Of a DNA stretch of 24,259 nucleotides, positions 14,671 to 23,285 are shown one piece after another. The position numbers and the translations under genes were made by a program. Numbering within the stretch: the first letter of the stretch is position 1; each line of letters begins with the position of its first letter. The notes under the pieces are model-generated. The model made no database searches and was not told where the DNA came from. It saw only the letters and a list, made by a program, of their open reading frames with translations. The stretch is taken from the IMG/VR virus record IMGVR_UViG_3300042204_000022; one strand, 5' to 3'. Source of the DNA: a virus. Taxonomy: Duplodnaviria; Heunggongvirae; Uroviricota; Caudoviricetes.

Positions 14671-16974
14671 CTAAGATACAGCTACAGCTGGGATCGATGC
14701 GATCACAGATGGGTCTTTTACAACACCACCACGGAAGAACGAACCACGGAGAACAACTTCGTTACGCTGGTAAGCAGAGTATGTTGTACCATCGATTTCG
14801 TAAGATGCAGAACCGTCAACGTCGTACTTCAATCCACCACTTGTACGACCTGTGAAGGTACGTAGGTCACCGTAGAATACAGCTGTGTCGATAGTTACTG
14901 GAGAACCATGTACTTCGAAGCTCTTAGTTTCTGTAGTGTTAAGTGTTGGAAGCAGGTCGTTAGGTACAAGCACGAATGGAGTACCAAGGATAGAGCCTGA
15001 TGCGATTTCTGTAAGGATAGCAGCGTTCTGTGACTTGATTGCTTGGCTCTTAAGAGCGGCAAGAGTCTTGCTGTTGAATACAAGTGTACCGATAGATGTA
15101 GCGTCGCTGATCTTAGCAACAACTAGAGCCCATCCGTCTAGACCTTCGCTGATGTCAAATGCTTGCTTGTTTCCAGTGGCGTTAACAGCCTGTTGTAGAC
15201 GAGCGATAACAAGTTGAGCACGCTTACGGTCGTAGTCGTTACGGTAGCCTTCTGCGATGTCCGAAAGGATGTCAACAGCGGCAAACTTGATTACGTTAAT
15301 TGAGATAGGTGTAACAGCAGCCAATTCTTCTAGCTTGTCTGTGTGTGCACCGTAACCTGGAGTGCTTACTGGCTTCAGACGGTTGTCTGTAGTGTCAGGG
15401 CTAGGTACGTCACCAAGGGCACCGATTGCGACATTGCTCATGTCAATGTCATTACCACGTGTCAACCAACCGAACTCTAGTGAGTTAGTTTCTTTCCATG
15501 TAGTAGCGTCAAGGATTGCTGTGTAGTCTGTGCGTACACCAACGATTTCCTTGTAAAGTTCTGGACCAACAACGAAGTTGCCTAGGTCTTCAAGTGTAAG
15601 AGCGCGGTTAACGATCTTTTCTGCCTTTAGAGCTTCAAGGTTACGTGCGTTAATTTCACGAAGTGTTGCAGCACCTTCTACACTCTGGAAGCGTTCTACA
15701 GCAACAGCGGCGTTAAGCTGCTTAGCGAATAGTTCGTCTGAGCTTAGGTCGTCATAGCTGTTCTTTGCTTCTTCAGCCTTTTCGAATTCAGGTTCTTTAG
15801 CCTGTGCATCGAATGTGTTCTGAGCAAGCTCTTTAGTAGCTGCTAGTTCCTCAGTAAGAGGCTTGATAGCGTTTGCTACGATTTCTGCGATTTGTTCAGC
15901 AGTCATTTCTAATGTTTCCTCATTTTTATTTGTGTTATTTTCGGCAGTTTCAACTTCTTCAGTTTCAACCTCAGCTTCAGCTTCTGCTGGTACTTCGTTT
16001 TCTACCTTGTCTTCAGCCTCATTGTCTGTATCAATCTTAACTGTTACAGTAATGTCTTCCTCGTCACCTGATACTTCTTTTGCTTTAACAGCTGCGAGTT
16101 CGGCTTCCAAGTAAGCGATACGCTCTGCTTGGCGGCTAGCCTTTTCTTCTTCAGTCTCTACGTACTCTGATGTGCGGGTTGTTGCCACAACTTCTGTGTC
16201 TACCCACTTACCATTGTCCACTTCGACTTCAGACTCAACCTGTTCGGCTTCTTCGACAGTTTCCTGTACTTCAGTAGCCTCTGTTTCTACGACTTCTGCC
16301 TCATTTTCGACAGTTTCGACAGTTGAGGTTTCCTCAATTTCAGGAGCCTTTGCAAGCTCTTCTGAGGCGTTAACGTCTTTGTCTTTCATACTTTCTTCCT
16401 CGACGGATTCGCTAGACTTGAGTTCTACTGAACTAAAAATCTTCTCCTCAACACCGGTAATGTCAAGTCCGTCTTGTTGAGAGCGCTCAAGGGAATTATG
16501 AACTATCTCGTTAAATTGATTTATCTTAGCATTGTAGTTATTTGGTACAACTACCTGTGACAAACCAACGAGTTCGTGGTTACGGTATACTGGGTCTGCA
16601 CTACTTGCGGGAGCCCCAATTGTTTCAATACTGAAAGAGTTTGAGAAACCGCCAACCAATAGGTCGTATGCTAGACGTGCGTATGGGTTTTCCTTCACCG
16701 CGTACTTGATCGCTGATACAAAAACACGATTTCCTTCTTTTGCAACTCCGATTGTTTTACCAATCAATGTGCCAAGTGAGTCTTGGTGGTCAGCTGTCAA
16801 CTGTCCTGCGTAGGTAGAAATACCTAGCGAGTTGATGTCATAGCTTGTGCCACTACGCATTGTTGTGTCGTCAGTAATTGTAAGGCCGTTAGGGAAAGAT
16901 ACTACACCTTCACCTTCGTCTACAAAGCCGTCATTAGAAACCGAGACTTGTAATTGGTTTTTTATTTTATCCAT
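14671..16974 (-). CDS. Prohead protease-scaffold-major capsid polyprotein (HK97-fold capsid)
   Basis: N-terminal protease-like region (ADH..., FSIET, LSQVVVPNN..A); acidic linker; C-terminal capsid-like region (GNFVVGPELYKEI, ILGTPFVLV, YQRNEVVLRG). Confidence 0.8.
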   Translation of the reverse strand: MDKIKNQLQVSVSNDGFVDEGEGVVSFPNGLTITDDTTMRSGTSYDINSLGISTYAGQLTADHQDSLGTLIGKTIGVAKEGNRVFVSAIKYAVKENPYARLAYDLLVGGFSNSFSIETIGAPASSADPVYRNHELVGLSQVVVPNNYNAKINQFNEIVHNSLERSQQDGLDITGVEEKIFSSVELKSSESVEEESMKDKDVNASEELAKAPEIEETSTVETVENEAEVVETEATEVQETVEEAEQVESEVEVDNGKWVDTEVVATTRTSEYVETEEEKASRQAERIAYLEAELAAVKAKEVSGDEEDITVTVKIDTDNEAEDKVENEVPAEAEAEVETEEVETAENNTNKNEETLEMTAEQIAEIVANAIKPLTEELAATKELAQNTFDAQAKEPEFEKAEEAKNSYDDLSSDELFAKQLNAAVAVERFQSVEGAATLREINARNLEALKAEKIVNRALTLEDLGNFVVGPELYKEIVGVRTDYTAILDATTWKETNSLEFGWLTRGNDIDMSNVAIGALGDVPSPDTTDNRLKPVSTPGYGAHTDKLEELAAVTPISINVIKFAAVDILSDIAEGYRNDYDRKRAQLVIARLQQAVNATGNKQAFDISEGLDGWALVVAKISDATSIGTLVFNSKTLAALKSQAIKSQNAAILTEIASGSILGTPFVLVPNDLLPTLNTTETKSFEVHGSPVTIDTAVFYGDLRTFTGRTSGGLKYDVDGSASYEIDGTTYSAYQRNEVVLRGSFFRGGVVKDPSVIASIPAVAVS

Positions 16975-17088
16975 TTACGCTTCTCTTTTTAATGTTTCTT
17001 TGTTTTTTAATGTGTGTTTTGTTTTTTGTTTGTTTTGAAGAGTAATCTTATATCTCGGAGCTTTTATCTAGCCTCTGGATACGCTTCA

Positions 17089-17106
17089 TTTATTATTATA
17101 TCATAA
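17089..17106 (-). promoter_or_regulatory. Extended -10 promoter TTATGATATAATAATAAA for the capsid/tail operon
   Basis: TGnTATAAT (-10 at 17095-17100) followed by an A-rich leader; resembles the portal and constant-exon promoters. Confidence 0.6.
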
Positions 17107-17112
17107 AAGCAC

Positions 17113-17141
17113 TTGCATTATGGACGGTGGTAGTGTATAGT
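17113..17141 (+). promoter_or_regulatory. Sigma70 promoter TTGCAT-17-TATAGT, 6 nt before ATG 17148 (leaderless)
   Basis: -35 at 17113-17118, -10 at 17136-17141. Confidence 0.7.
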
Positions 17142-17147
17142 GATGTC

Positions 17148-17438
17148 ATGATACAAGGTAATCTCGCTACAAGAACAGTGACGATAGACGGTAGACCGCT
17201 GTCGCCTAAAGAAAGTCTCAAGATTGTTAACCACTCACCAGATGGTTTTGCGTGGGGGTACGGGGGAAGTGGTCCGTCACAACTCGCACTCGCAATTCTA
17301 CTGTGTTATACGGGTAAAGACACGGCTCAAAGACTCTATCAGTCGTTCAAGTGGGACGTAGTTGCGAACCTAGAGGGTAACTTTAACCTGTCTGAAGCGG
17401 AGGTGGTGAAATGGATTCAAAGCAAATCAGAAAGCTAA
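17148..17438 (+). CDS. DUF6166-like protein (start revised)
   Basis: HSPDGFAWGYGGSGPSQLALAIL signature recognised from memory. Confidence 0.7.
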   Translation: MIQGNLATRTVTIDGRPLSPKESLKIVNHSPDGFAWGYGGSGPSQLALAILLCYTGKDTAQRLYQSFKWDVVANLEGNFNLSEAEVVKWIQSKSES

Positions 17439-17536
17439 AAGACCACTTATCTAAGTACTTCCCACTTTATATACTCTTTTTCGGGTACGTAATCGCTTCA
17501 ATATTCTTCTTTATAGAGATGTCTAAATATGTCTAG
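17411..17536 (+). CDS. 41-aa single-TM peptide MDSKQIRKLKDHLSKYFPLYILFFGYVIASIFFFIEMSKYV
   Basis: Manual translation; GGAGGT upstream; below the track size cut-off. Confidence 0.5.
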   Translation: MDSKQIRKLKDHLSKYFPLYILFFGYVIASIFFFIEMSKYV

Positions 17537-17735
17537 AATGCTTAAAGACGGTATCGACGACCCAGACCTGCTTGAGATCGAGCGTCAGATGCAAGAGTTT
17601 CTTCGTGAAGACATTGCTAAGTATGAAGCGATGAAGCCGGGTGTGAAGAAATTCTTTACGTGGATGTTTTTATACCCAGACGAGAATAACTTCGTGTGGG
17701 CTCTGCATAGGCTAAAAGACACCACGTTAAAATAA
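17529..17735 (+). CDS. Hypothetical protein
   Basis: ORF coupled to the upstream peptide; start may be ATG 17538. Confidence 0.55.
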   Translation: MSRMLKDGIDDPDLLEIERQMQEFLREDIAKYEAMKPGVKKFFTWMFLYPDENNFVWALHRLKDTTLK

Positions 17736-17749
17736 GCACCTTTCGGTGC

Positions 17750-17977
17750 CTATTTATCGACTGCTTTGGCGTTTACGAATGTCGTAATCACGCCCTTTTC
17801 GTCGCATTCGAAGTTGAACGATAGCCTACACTTGCGACAGCGAGCTTCACCTGCTGAATCTGGCTTAACCCTTACGCATAGCGAGTTACATCTGTACAGC
17901 TTACCATCAGAGCGAGAAAGACGCTCAAACGGACATCTGACAGGGAATAAATTGTTCTTCTTGTCTTCTAAGTCCAT
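17750..17977 (-). CDS. Com-like zinc-ribbon protein
   Basis: VRCP...RCNSL...RCRKC Cys pattern; AGGAGA upstream. Confidence 0.55.
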   Translation of the reverse strand: MDLEDKKNNLFPVRCPFERLSRSDGKLYRCNSLCVRVKPDSAGEARCRKCRLSFNFECDEKGVITTFVNAKAVDK

Positions 17978-18035
17978 AAATCTCTCCTGGATTTTATTTT
18001 AATGTTTTTTGTGTTAATGGTACCAAGTACCGTTT

Positions 18036-18281
18036 TTAGTCTTCCGACTCGTCCTGCACGCTCTCAGCAGCTTCAGGGGGGTATGTATTGACCTTCGGTA
18101 CTATGTTACGTACAGTTACAGGAGTGCTCTTTGATGATTTCTTCGAGCTCTTCTTCTGAGATTTCTGAGAGTCCTCTTCCTGTTTCTTCAATAAAAAATT
18201 GTCAAGCACCTCCTGCTCAGCTGGTAACAGCGTGTAATAGGGGTTTTTTGATAATGCTAGCAATTGTTCGATTGTTTTCAT
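18036..18281 (-). CDS. Hypothetical protein
   Basis: ATGA overlap with the upstream gene. Confidence 0.6.
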   Translation of the reverse strand: MKTIEQLLALSKNPYYTLLPAEQEVLDNFLLKKQEEDSQKSQKKSSKKSSKSTPVTVRNIVPKVNTYPPEAAESVQDESED

Positions 18282-18514
18282 CCTATCTCCTTTACTAAGT
18301 TATCGACCATTAAAAATATGTCTTCTGACGGCTTCTGAAAGTACTCTTGTACGTTATTCGCTGCAAGGTGCTTTATCTTATAGATGGTCTCTTCGTCTAT
18401 GCCGCCGTGATTCTCGATGAACGTAAGCATAACGAGCATACCCACCATCTGACCCGCACTAAACGGGTCGGTGAAGTCGTTAGTCTTCGACCCTTGGGGT
18501 TGCTTCCCACTCAT
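18278..18514 (-). CDS. Hypothetical protein
   Basis: ORF within a minus-strand run. Confidence 0.55.
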   Translation of the reverse strand: MSGKQPQGSKTNDFTDPFSAGQMVGMLVMLTFIENHGGIDEETIYKIKHLAANNVQEYFQKPSEDIFLMVDNLVKEIG

Positions 18515-19118
18515 CGATCGCTCCTAACACCGCCTCTTTAAGTTCTTCTGCTGTATCGAACGTGCCGATGTCGTGTGCTTTACGTTTTTGAGTCGTTTTT
18601 GCACGGTATTGTCCGTCTAGGTAGCGAACTTCGAACCTAATCGAAATATCTTCTACATCTGGTTCAATTTCAAGCTCAGGCTCCTCTTCCTGCTCTGGCT
18701 CGATTGAGAAGTTGAAAATACCGTCGAAGTTAGTGTGATTGAGTACGTCAACCTCTGGCAGCTCAAAGCTCGCAATGAACTCGTCGATACCCTCTTGGGT
18801 GATCGTACCGAACTGAGACGTAATCTCTAGTAGACGTTCAGCTGCGTCTGAGATGTCGTCAGCAGGAATGATAAGGTACGGAATCGGGTTATTCCAGCCC
18901 TCTGTCTCTAGCACGTGCTTACGCTGGTGTCCGTCGAGAAGCCATTTCTGACCCTTCTTATCAATCCATGCGTAGATCGGGATATAGAACCCACGACGCT
19001 CGATGTTAGTTTTTAGTTTCTTGTAGTTCTCTTCTGAGAGAAACTTCAGGTCTCCTTGTGTCGCTGAAAATTCAGAGATAGGAGCTGTAGGTAAGTTGTT
19101 TTTGTTAATTACTTTCAT
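18480..19118 (-). CDS. ParB/Srx N-terminal-like domain protein with a C-terminal AP2-like segment
   Basis: LKTNIERRGFYIPI...LLDGHQR motif; C-terminal YRAK....K...IGTFDTAEE. Confidence 0.7.
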   Translation of the reverse strand: MKVINKNNLPTAPISEFSATQGDLKFLSEENYKKLKTNIERRGFYIPIYAWIDKKGQKWLLDGHQRKHVLETEGWNNPIPYLIIPADDISDAAERLLEITSQFGTITQEGIDEFIASFELPEVDVLNHTNFDGIFNFSIEPEQEEEPELEIEPDVEDISIRFEVRYLDGQYRAKTTQKRKAHDIGTFDTAEELKEAVLGAIDEWEATPRVED

Positions 19119-19161
19119 AAACTCTTTTGGTTTTAATTGATTCTATTACCATTATAACCTA

Positions 19162-19190
19162 TTGACTTTGTGAGACATAAGCAGTATCAT
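19162..19190 (+). promoter_or_regulatory. Sigma70 promoter TTGACT-17-TATCAT, 6 nt before ATG 19197 (leaderless)
   Basis: -35 at 19162-19167, -10 at 19185-19190. Confidence 0.7.
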
Positions 19191-19196
19191 TGACTT

Positions 19197-19541
19197 ATGA
19201 ACGAAGAAGAATCTTATTACTGTGAAAAGTGTCACGGGTGCGGGTACATCGGCTGTGACGGTGTTGAGTCATTTCTGAAGAATCATGTATCGGGTAAGAC
19301 CGACTGCAAACACGAAGAGCAGTTTATTGATGAAATTATTGAGCACTTTGAGACACTCGATATGTATTACGAGCCAAGTCCCCACGAAGCTGAAGAAGCA
19401 CTTCTAGAATTGGTCGAAAAGGCATACTGGGCTGGTAGAGAGGGCAGGGACTTCGATGTTGACGACAGCAAGAAAGACCACTTCATTAGGTTCGTAACTG
19501 GTCAGTACATGAGACCTACGGATGGGAGTTCGCCGTGGTAG
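19197..19541 (+). CDS. Hypothetical protein with N-terminal Cys cluster (CEKCHGCGYIGC)
   Basis: ORF with its own promoter. Confidence 0.65.
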   Translation: MNEEESYYCEKCHGCGYIGCDGVESFLKNHVSGKTDCKHEEQFIDEIIEHFETLDMYYEPSPHEAEEALLELVEKAYWAGREGRDFDVDDSKKDHFIRFVTGQYMRPTDGSSPW

Positions 19542-19672
19542 ACGATGTTATTTTGCTCGGTGCAATGTTTCTATTCGCAGTATTTATTGTCGGCTCTATT
19601 GTCCACTACATAAGCGAAGAGATAGACTACTACAAATGGCAGAAAGAAGAAAAACGTAAAAAGGTAAAATAG
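19535..19672 (+). CDS. 45-aa single-TM peptide MVDDVILLGAMFLFAVFIVGSIVHYISEEIDYYKWQKEEKRKKVK
   Basis: Manual translation; GTG start with GGGAG upstream; fills the gap between ORFs. Confidence 0.5.
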   Translation: MVDDVILLGAMFLFAVFIVGSIVHYISEEIDYYKWQKEEKRKKVK

Positions 19673-19676
19673 GTAC

Positions 19677-19904
19677 ATGAAGAGAACATCAGGCCCACGA
19701 AGACACACTAACCACAAAAAGGTGTGGCAGAAACTTCAGTGGGGTAAGGCGACCGGGAGTATCACGGTGGGCAATGACAAGATCATGAGCTATTCTGCCG
19801 ATGTCGATCTTTGCTATTGCCATGACTGTAAGTGCTTTTCTTACTACGACTGGAACGCAAGACAATACGTTGACCTACCAAAAGAATTTAAGTATGAAAC
19901 TTAA
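19677..19904 (+). CDS. Hypothetical protein (C.CHDC motif)
   Basis: ORF in a tight plus-strand run. Confidence 0.55.
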   Translation: MKRTSGPRRHTNHKKVWQKLQWGKATGSITVGNDKIMSYSADVDLCYCHDCKCFSYYDWNARQYVDLPKEFKYET

Positions 19905-19967
19905 GAAAGGAGGGGTAGTCGATAAACCTATCAACTTTATATCTGATTCGATTGACTGCATATTCCC

Positions 19968-20606
19968 ATGGACAAACAAATTATCTACTACTACAAAAGA
20001 GGCGTGGCTTCGTACCTCATCGCCAAAAAATTCAAGGTCAGTAACAGTTACGTTAGAAATACCCTTGAAAAACATGGCGTTAAGCTCAGAGGACATAGCG
20101 TCACAAATAAAATCTCAGCTTCAAGACGCACTCCTGAAGAAAACAAGCTCATAACAGCAAAAGCTGCTGAATCTAACCTCGGTTCTATACATTCTGGTGC
20201 TCACAGAGCTAAATTAGCGCTGTCTAGACAGAAGAACCCTGCAATTGACCCCGTATATGAAAAACCGCTTGTCGAACTGTGCAATAAGCTCAAAATTGAG
20301 GTCGTCCCGCAAAAGGCATTCAGTAAGTTCAACGTTGACTTGTATTTACCACAAAAAGGTGTTGTAATAGAGATTTTTGGGGGTGGGTTTCACAATAAGC
20401 AAGATGCTATTGACTTATTCAACAATAAAATGAAACACCTGTCAAGAAAACAGGTGCCTGTGGTCATTGTTTGGGCTGATAAGCTAACCTATAGCCCTAT
20501 GAGCGTGCTTGAAGTCGCTCTAAACGTCAAAGATAAGCTCACAGTCATCAATGGTGACGGCAAGCCGACCACTCGTGGTCTAAACGACATCCTCATCGAC
20601 AATTAG
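19968..20606 (+). CDS. Free-standing endonuclease-like protein: N-terminal HTH plus DUF559/Vsr-like PD-(D/E)xK domain
   Basis: IAKKFKVSNSYVRNTLEKHGVKLR HTH; FNVDLYLPQKGVVIEIFGGGFH nuclease motif. Confidence 0.7.
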   Translation: MDKQIIYYYKRGVASYLIAKKFKVSNSYVRNTLEKHGVKLRGHSVTNKISASRRTPEENKLITAKAAESNLGSIHSGAHRAKLALSRQKNPAIDPVYEKPLVELCNKLKIEVVPQKAFSKFNVDLYLPQKGVVIEIFGGGFHNKQDAIDLFNNKMKHLSRKQVPVVIVWADKLTYSPMSVLEVALNVKDKLTVINGDGKPTTRGLNDILIDN

Positions 20607-23051
20607 ACGATACGCACAGTGGCAGTTAGGGTGAACATTGCCCGCTGTGATTGCTTCGTAGTTGAACGTCATTTTTCTATCAGGAGTCTCGATAGTTTTA
20701 CCCATATCAACGAATGCTTGGGTGAAAGGAATCGGGGCTTTATTTGTTTGCGTGATTATATATTCACAAATACTGCATGGGTCGCCAGTGAGAGAGAAGA
20801 GTTGCTTGTATGCTTTGTCAACAAGCCCCGCACGAGTCAAGAACTGAAGGTCTGCTTCGTACTGAGAGATGTTGAAGATTCTGGCAGCTGCGTTGTTTGC
20901 GATAGTTGTCGCACGACGTTTTTGAATGTCTGCGAACGCCTGTTCGAATAACGCCTTGAACTCTGATGGGTTTGAGGTCTTGGTACGAATAATCGCAAGA
21001 GCGTTCTCAATGTCGGTCTTAATCGTATTCATGTGAGAGGTTGCTTCTCTGCGAGCAAAGTCCTTAATAACTTCTTTCACCTCTTCAGTCATAGCAACAA
21101 TAGGCACTTCGTCAGTAATGTCTAGACTATTAGCTGTCTGCTGAACCCTGTAAGATGCGTAGATAGGGAACATCACCGTAAAGTACACAGCGAATGGTAG
21201 TGTCATACCGTTAATGAAATCATCTAGGTCTGCGTGAGGGTTTAGGTCGCCGTTATTGATCTCATTAACGTACCAGTTATAAAGACCCTCTTCAGCTGAT
21301 TCTGCTGAAGTTAAAAGGTCGTTGGTGTTTGAGTCGATAAGAGCCTGCTGGTCAAAAGCAGCGTTTTTGATGACTTCGTAGATGTCGTGATGACAATCGT
21401 GGTTTAGATCAATTTTTTTTTTAATCGCTACTGGTTGGTTCTTGTAGCGTTTGTTGAGTTTAGCGATAATCGCTGGTCTATCTGCGTTCTGATTGAACTC
21501 ACCTAGCTTGATGTAGGTGGTGCCGTCAACTACGGCGATAAGCGAGTTTTGCATTTCGTCGATTCTAGTAATACGTACCGTCTTAGACGCTGCGTTTAGC
21601 TGAAGAAGTGGTTCGTTCGAGTAAATGAATGAGCCCTGCTCTGAAATAGAGTTAATCTGGTCGGCTTGGTCGGTCAAGTACTGAAGTACGGGGATTGGGT
21701 AGCCCTCGTAAACGTCGAACGCCTTATCTGTATAAGATGAAGTCTCTACGACCTCTTCAACAGGTTCGGTCTCTTCTTCGACCGCAACTTTTTCTTCTGG
21801 CTCTTCGGGTTCTTCAGGTTCACCGATGTCGGTAATACTTAGGTCTCCGTTAGCGTACTTGGCTGCGATGTCGTATGTGTACCCAGCCTTGATAAGTGAC
21901 TGCTGTAGGTTGAAGCGTGAGTCACGAATGTCAACTTCAGCTTGAATAGCGTCATAGTTTGCTTCGAGTGGGTTGTCGAGTGATAGAGAGTAGCCGTTGC
22001 TCTTATATTGGTCATTGTAGTATCTACGGTAATCGAGGTTCAATGCGTCGATAATGTTTTCAATCTGAGGCATGATGGCGTTTTCGGTGAAGTCGTCCTT
22101 TTGCGAACGAGATACTTCACGTCCAGTACCAGTTTGCTCCATACCTAGACCTGTTACTGATAGACCAGAGACAGCGATGAGGGTGTCACGGTTAATCGAG
22201 TTAATCTTATCAAGAGCCGCTTTGTCGAGGTCTTGCTGCATGTCTGTCCATGTAACTGTACCTGCACCGTTACCAAATAGAGGTTCACCACGCCCGTGGT
22301 GCTTAATTCTCTCTACGAAGTTGTCGAATTGGTCGTCCGGTAGCTCAATAGCTGAAGATAGGATTCCCGGTGCGTTCAAGTTGCCATCAATGGCTTCACG
22401 AGCAAAGTCGTTAGCTTGCTTCATGGTGAACTGTGAGTCGCGGGCTGCATCAGCTAGCGAGTATGCTTTTTCTGGATCGAACGGGTTAAGAAGACGAATA
22501 GGAATAATCATCTCTTTAGGGATTTCACGACGTAGGTCATTACGCTGCTCTATATATCCGCCGAGATTTCCTCTTGTGTCTACGACTGCACGAATGTTAT
22601 ATGGGTTAAGAAGGGTGAACTTCTGAATGTTACCTACTTTACCTGAAGCAGTGACTGCACGAACAGCCATCAAGTAGTAAACACCTTCTAGGTCAAGGTA
22701 TGTAGAGATGTCGTACCAAAAGTCTCTTTCTGAGAAATCAGTCGATTCACGAATCAGGTTCAAGTAAGGGTGAACAATCTTTTCTCCCTTTTCATTCGCC
22801 CTTGCGATCACCGACTCTTTAGCGTTGGTGTACAAGAACTTCTTACCGATAACAACCGAGCGGTTAGCACGCTTGTTAACTACAGCAAAGCCAAGTCCTG
22901 TGTAGAAATCTTCATCTGAGATTTCAGGAGTTGACCAAGTAGATGGCATACGGCGACTTCCATACTTTAAGAAAGAGTTCGGATCAGGTCCGCCGTTAGT
23001 AGTTTTATTAAATGCCGCTAGAGCGTTTTTGAATCTTTTAGTTATTTCCAC
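20580..23051 (-). CDS. Portal protein fused to a MuF-like head morphogenesis domain
   Basis: N-terminal portal-like region (YLDLEGVYYL, IIPIRLLNP.....AYS, GNLNAPGIL); acidic linker; C-terminal CSIC...HPNCHC MuF-type motif. Confidence 0.8.
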   Translation of the reverse strand: MEITKRFKNALAAFNKTTNGGPDPNSFLKYGSRRMPSTWSTPEISDEDFYTGLGFAVVNKRANRSVVIGKKFLYTNAKESVIARANEKGEKIVHPYLNLIRESTDFSERDFWYDISTYLDLEGVYYLMAVRAVTASGKVGNIQKFTLLNPYNIRAVVDTRGNLGGYIEQRNDLRREIPKEMIIPIRLLNPFDPEKAYSLADAARDSQFTMKQANDFAREAIDGNLNAPGILSSAIELPDDQFDNFVERIKHHGRGEPLFGNGAGTVTWTDMQQDLDKAALDKINSINRDTLIAVSGLSVTGLGMEQTGTGREVSRSQKDDFTENAIMPQIENIIDALNLDYRRYYNDQYKSNGYSLSLDNPLEANYDAIQAEVDIRDSRFNLQQSLIKAGYTYDIAAKYANGDLSITDIGEPEEPEEPEEKVAVEEETEPVEEVVETSSYTDKAFDVYEGYPIPVLQYLTDQADQINSISEQGSFIYSNEPLLQLNAASKTVRITRIDEMQNSLIAVVDGTTYIKLGEFNQNADRPAIIAKLNKRYKNQPVAIKKKIDLNHDCHHDIYEVIKNAAFDQQALIDSNTNDLLTSAESAEEGLYNWYVNEINNGDLNPHADLDDFINGMTLPFAVYFTVMFPIYASYRVQQTANSLDITDEVPIVAMTEEVKEVIKDFARREATSHMNTIKTDIENALAIIRTKTSNPSEFKALFEQAFADIQKRRATTIANNAAARIFNISQYEADLQFLTRAGLVDKAYKQLFSLTGDPCSICEYIITQTNKAPIPFTQAFVDMGKTIETPDRKMTFNYEAITAGNVHPNCHCAYRLIVDEDVV

Positions 23052-23120
23052 GTTTTATCAAGAGTATTTATGTTTTGCAGTACGTGCTCACGCAAGTATA
23101 CGCTCTTAGCGTTGTCTGTT

Positions 23121-23136
23121 TTTATTATACCATAAT
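23121..23136 (-). promoter_or_regulatory. Extended -10 promoter ATTATGGTATAATAAA for the portal gene
   Basis: Identical 16-mer to 2522-2537. Confidence 0.7.
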
Positions 23137-23285
23137 TAGGCTGTTGTTCTTGCAACTATACCAAAGATGAACGTAGCAGTCATAGCAACGCCCATATAGA
23201 TCGATACCATATATGCTGCAACAAAGAGAGGCGCTATAAAGATAGCGAATAGAATCCACCCTGCCATTTGGTCTCTTTTTCTCAT
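23136..23285 (-). CDS. 49-aa two-TM membrane peptide (start revised to the ATGA overlap)
   Basis: MRKRDQMAGWILFAIFIAPLFVAAYMVSIYMGVAMTATFIFGIVARTTA. Confidence 0.55.
   Translation of the reverse strand: MRKRDQMAGWILFAIFIAPLFVAAYMVSIYMGVAMTATFIFGIVARTTA

Noticed and set aside
16975-17045. T-rich tract as a terminator or structured RNA
   Set aside because: No stem; it is the A-rich leader of the capsid gene on the minus strand.
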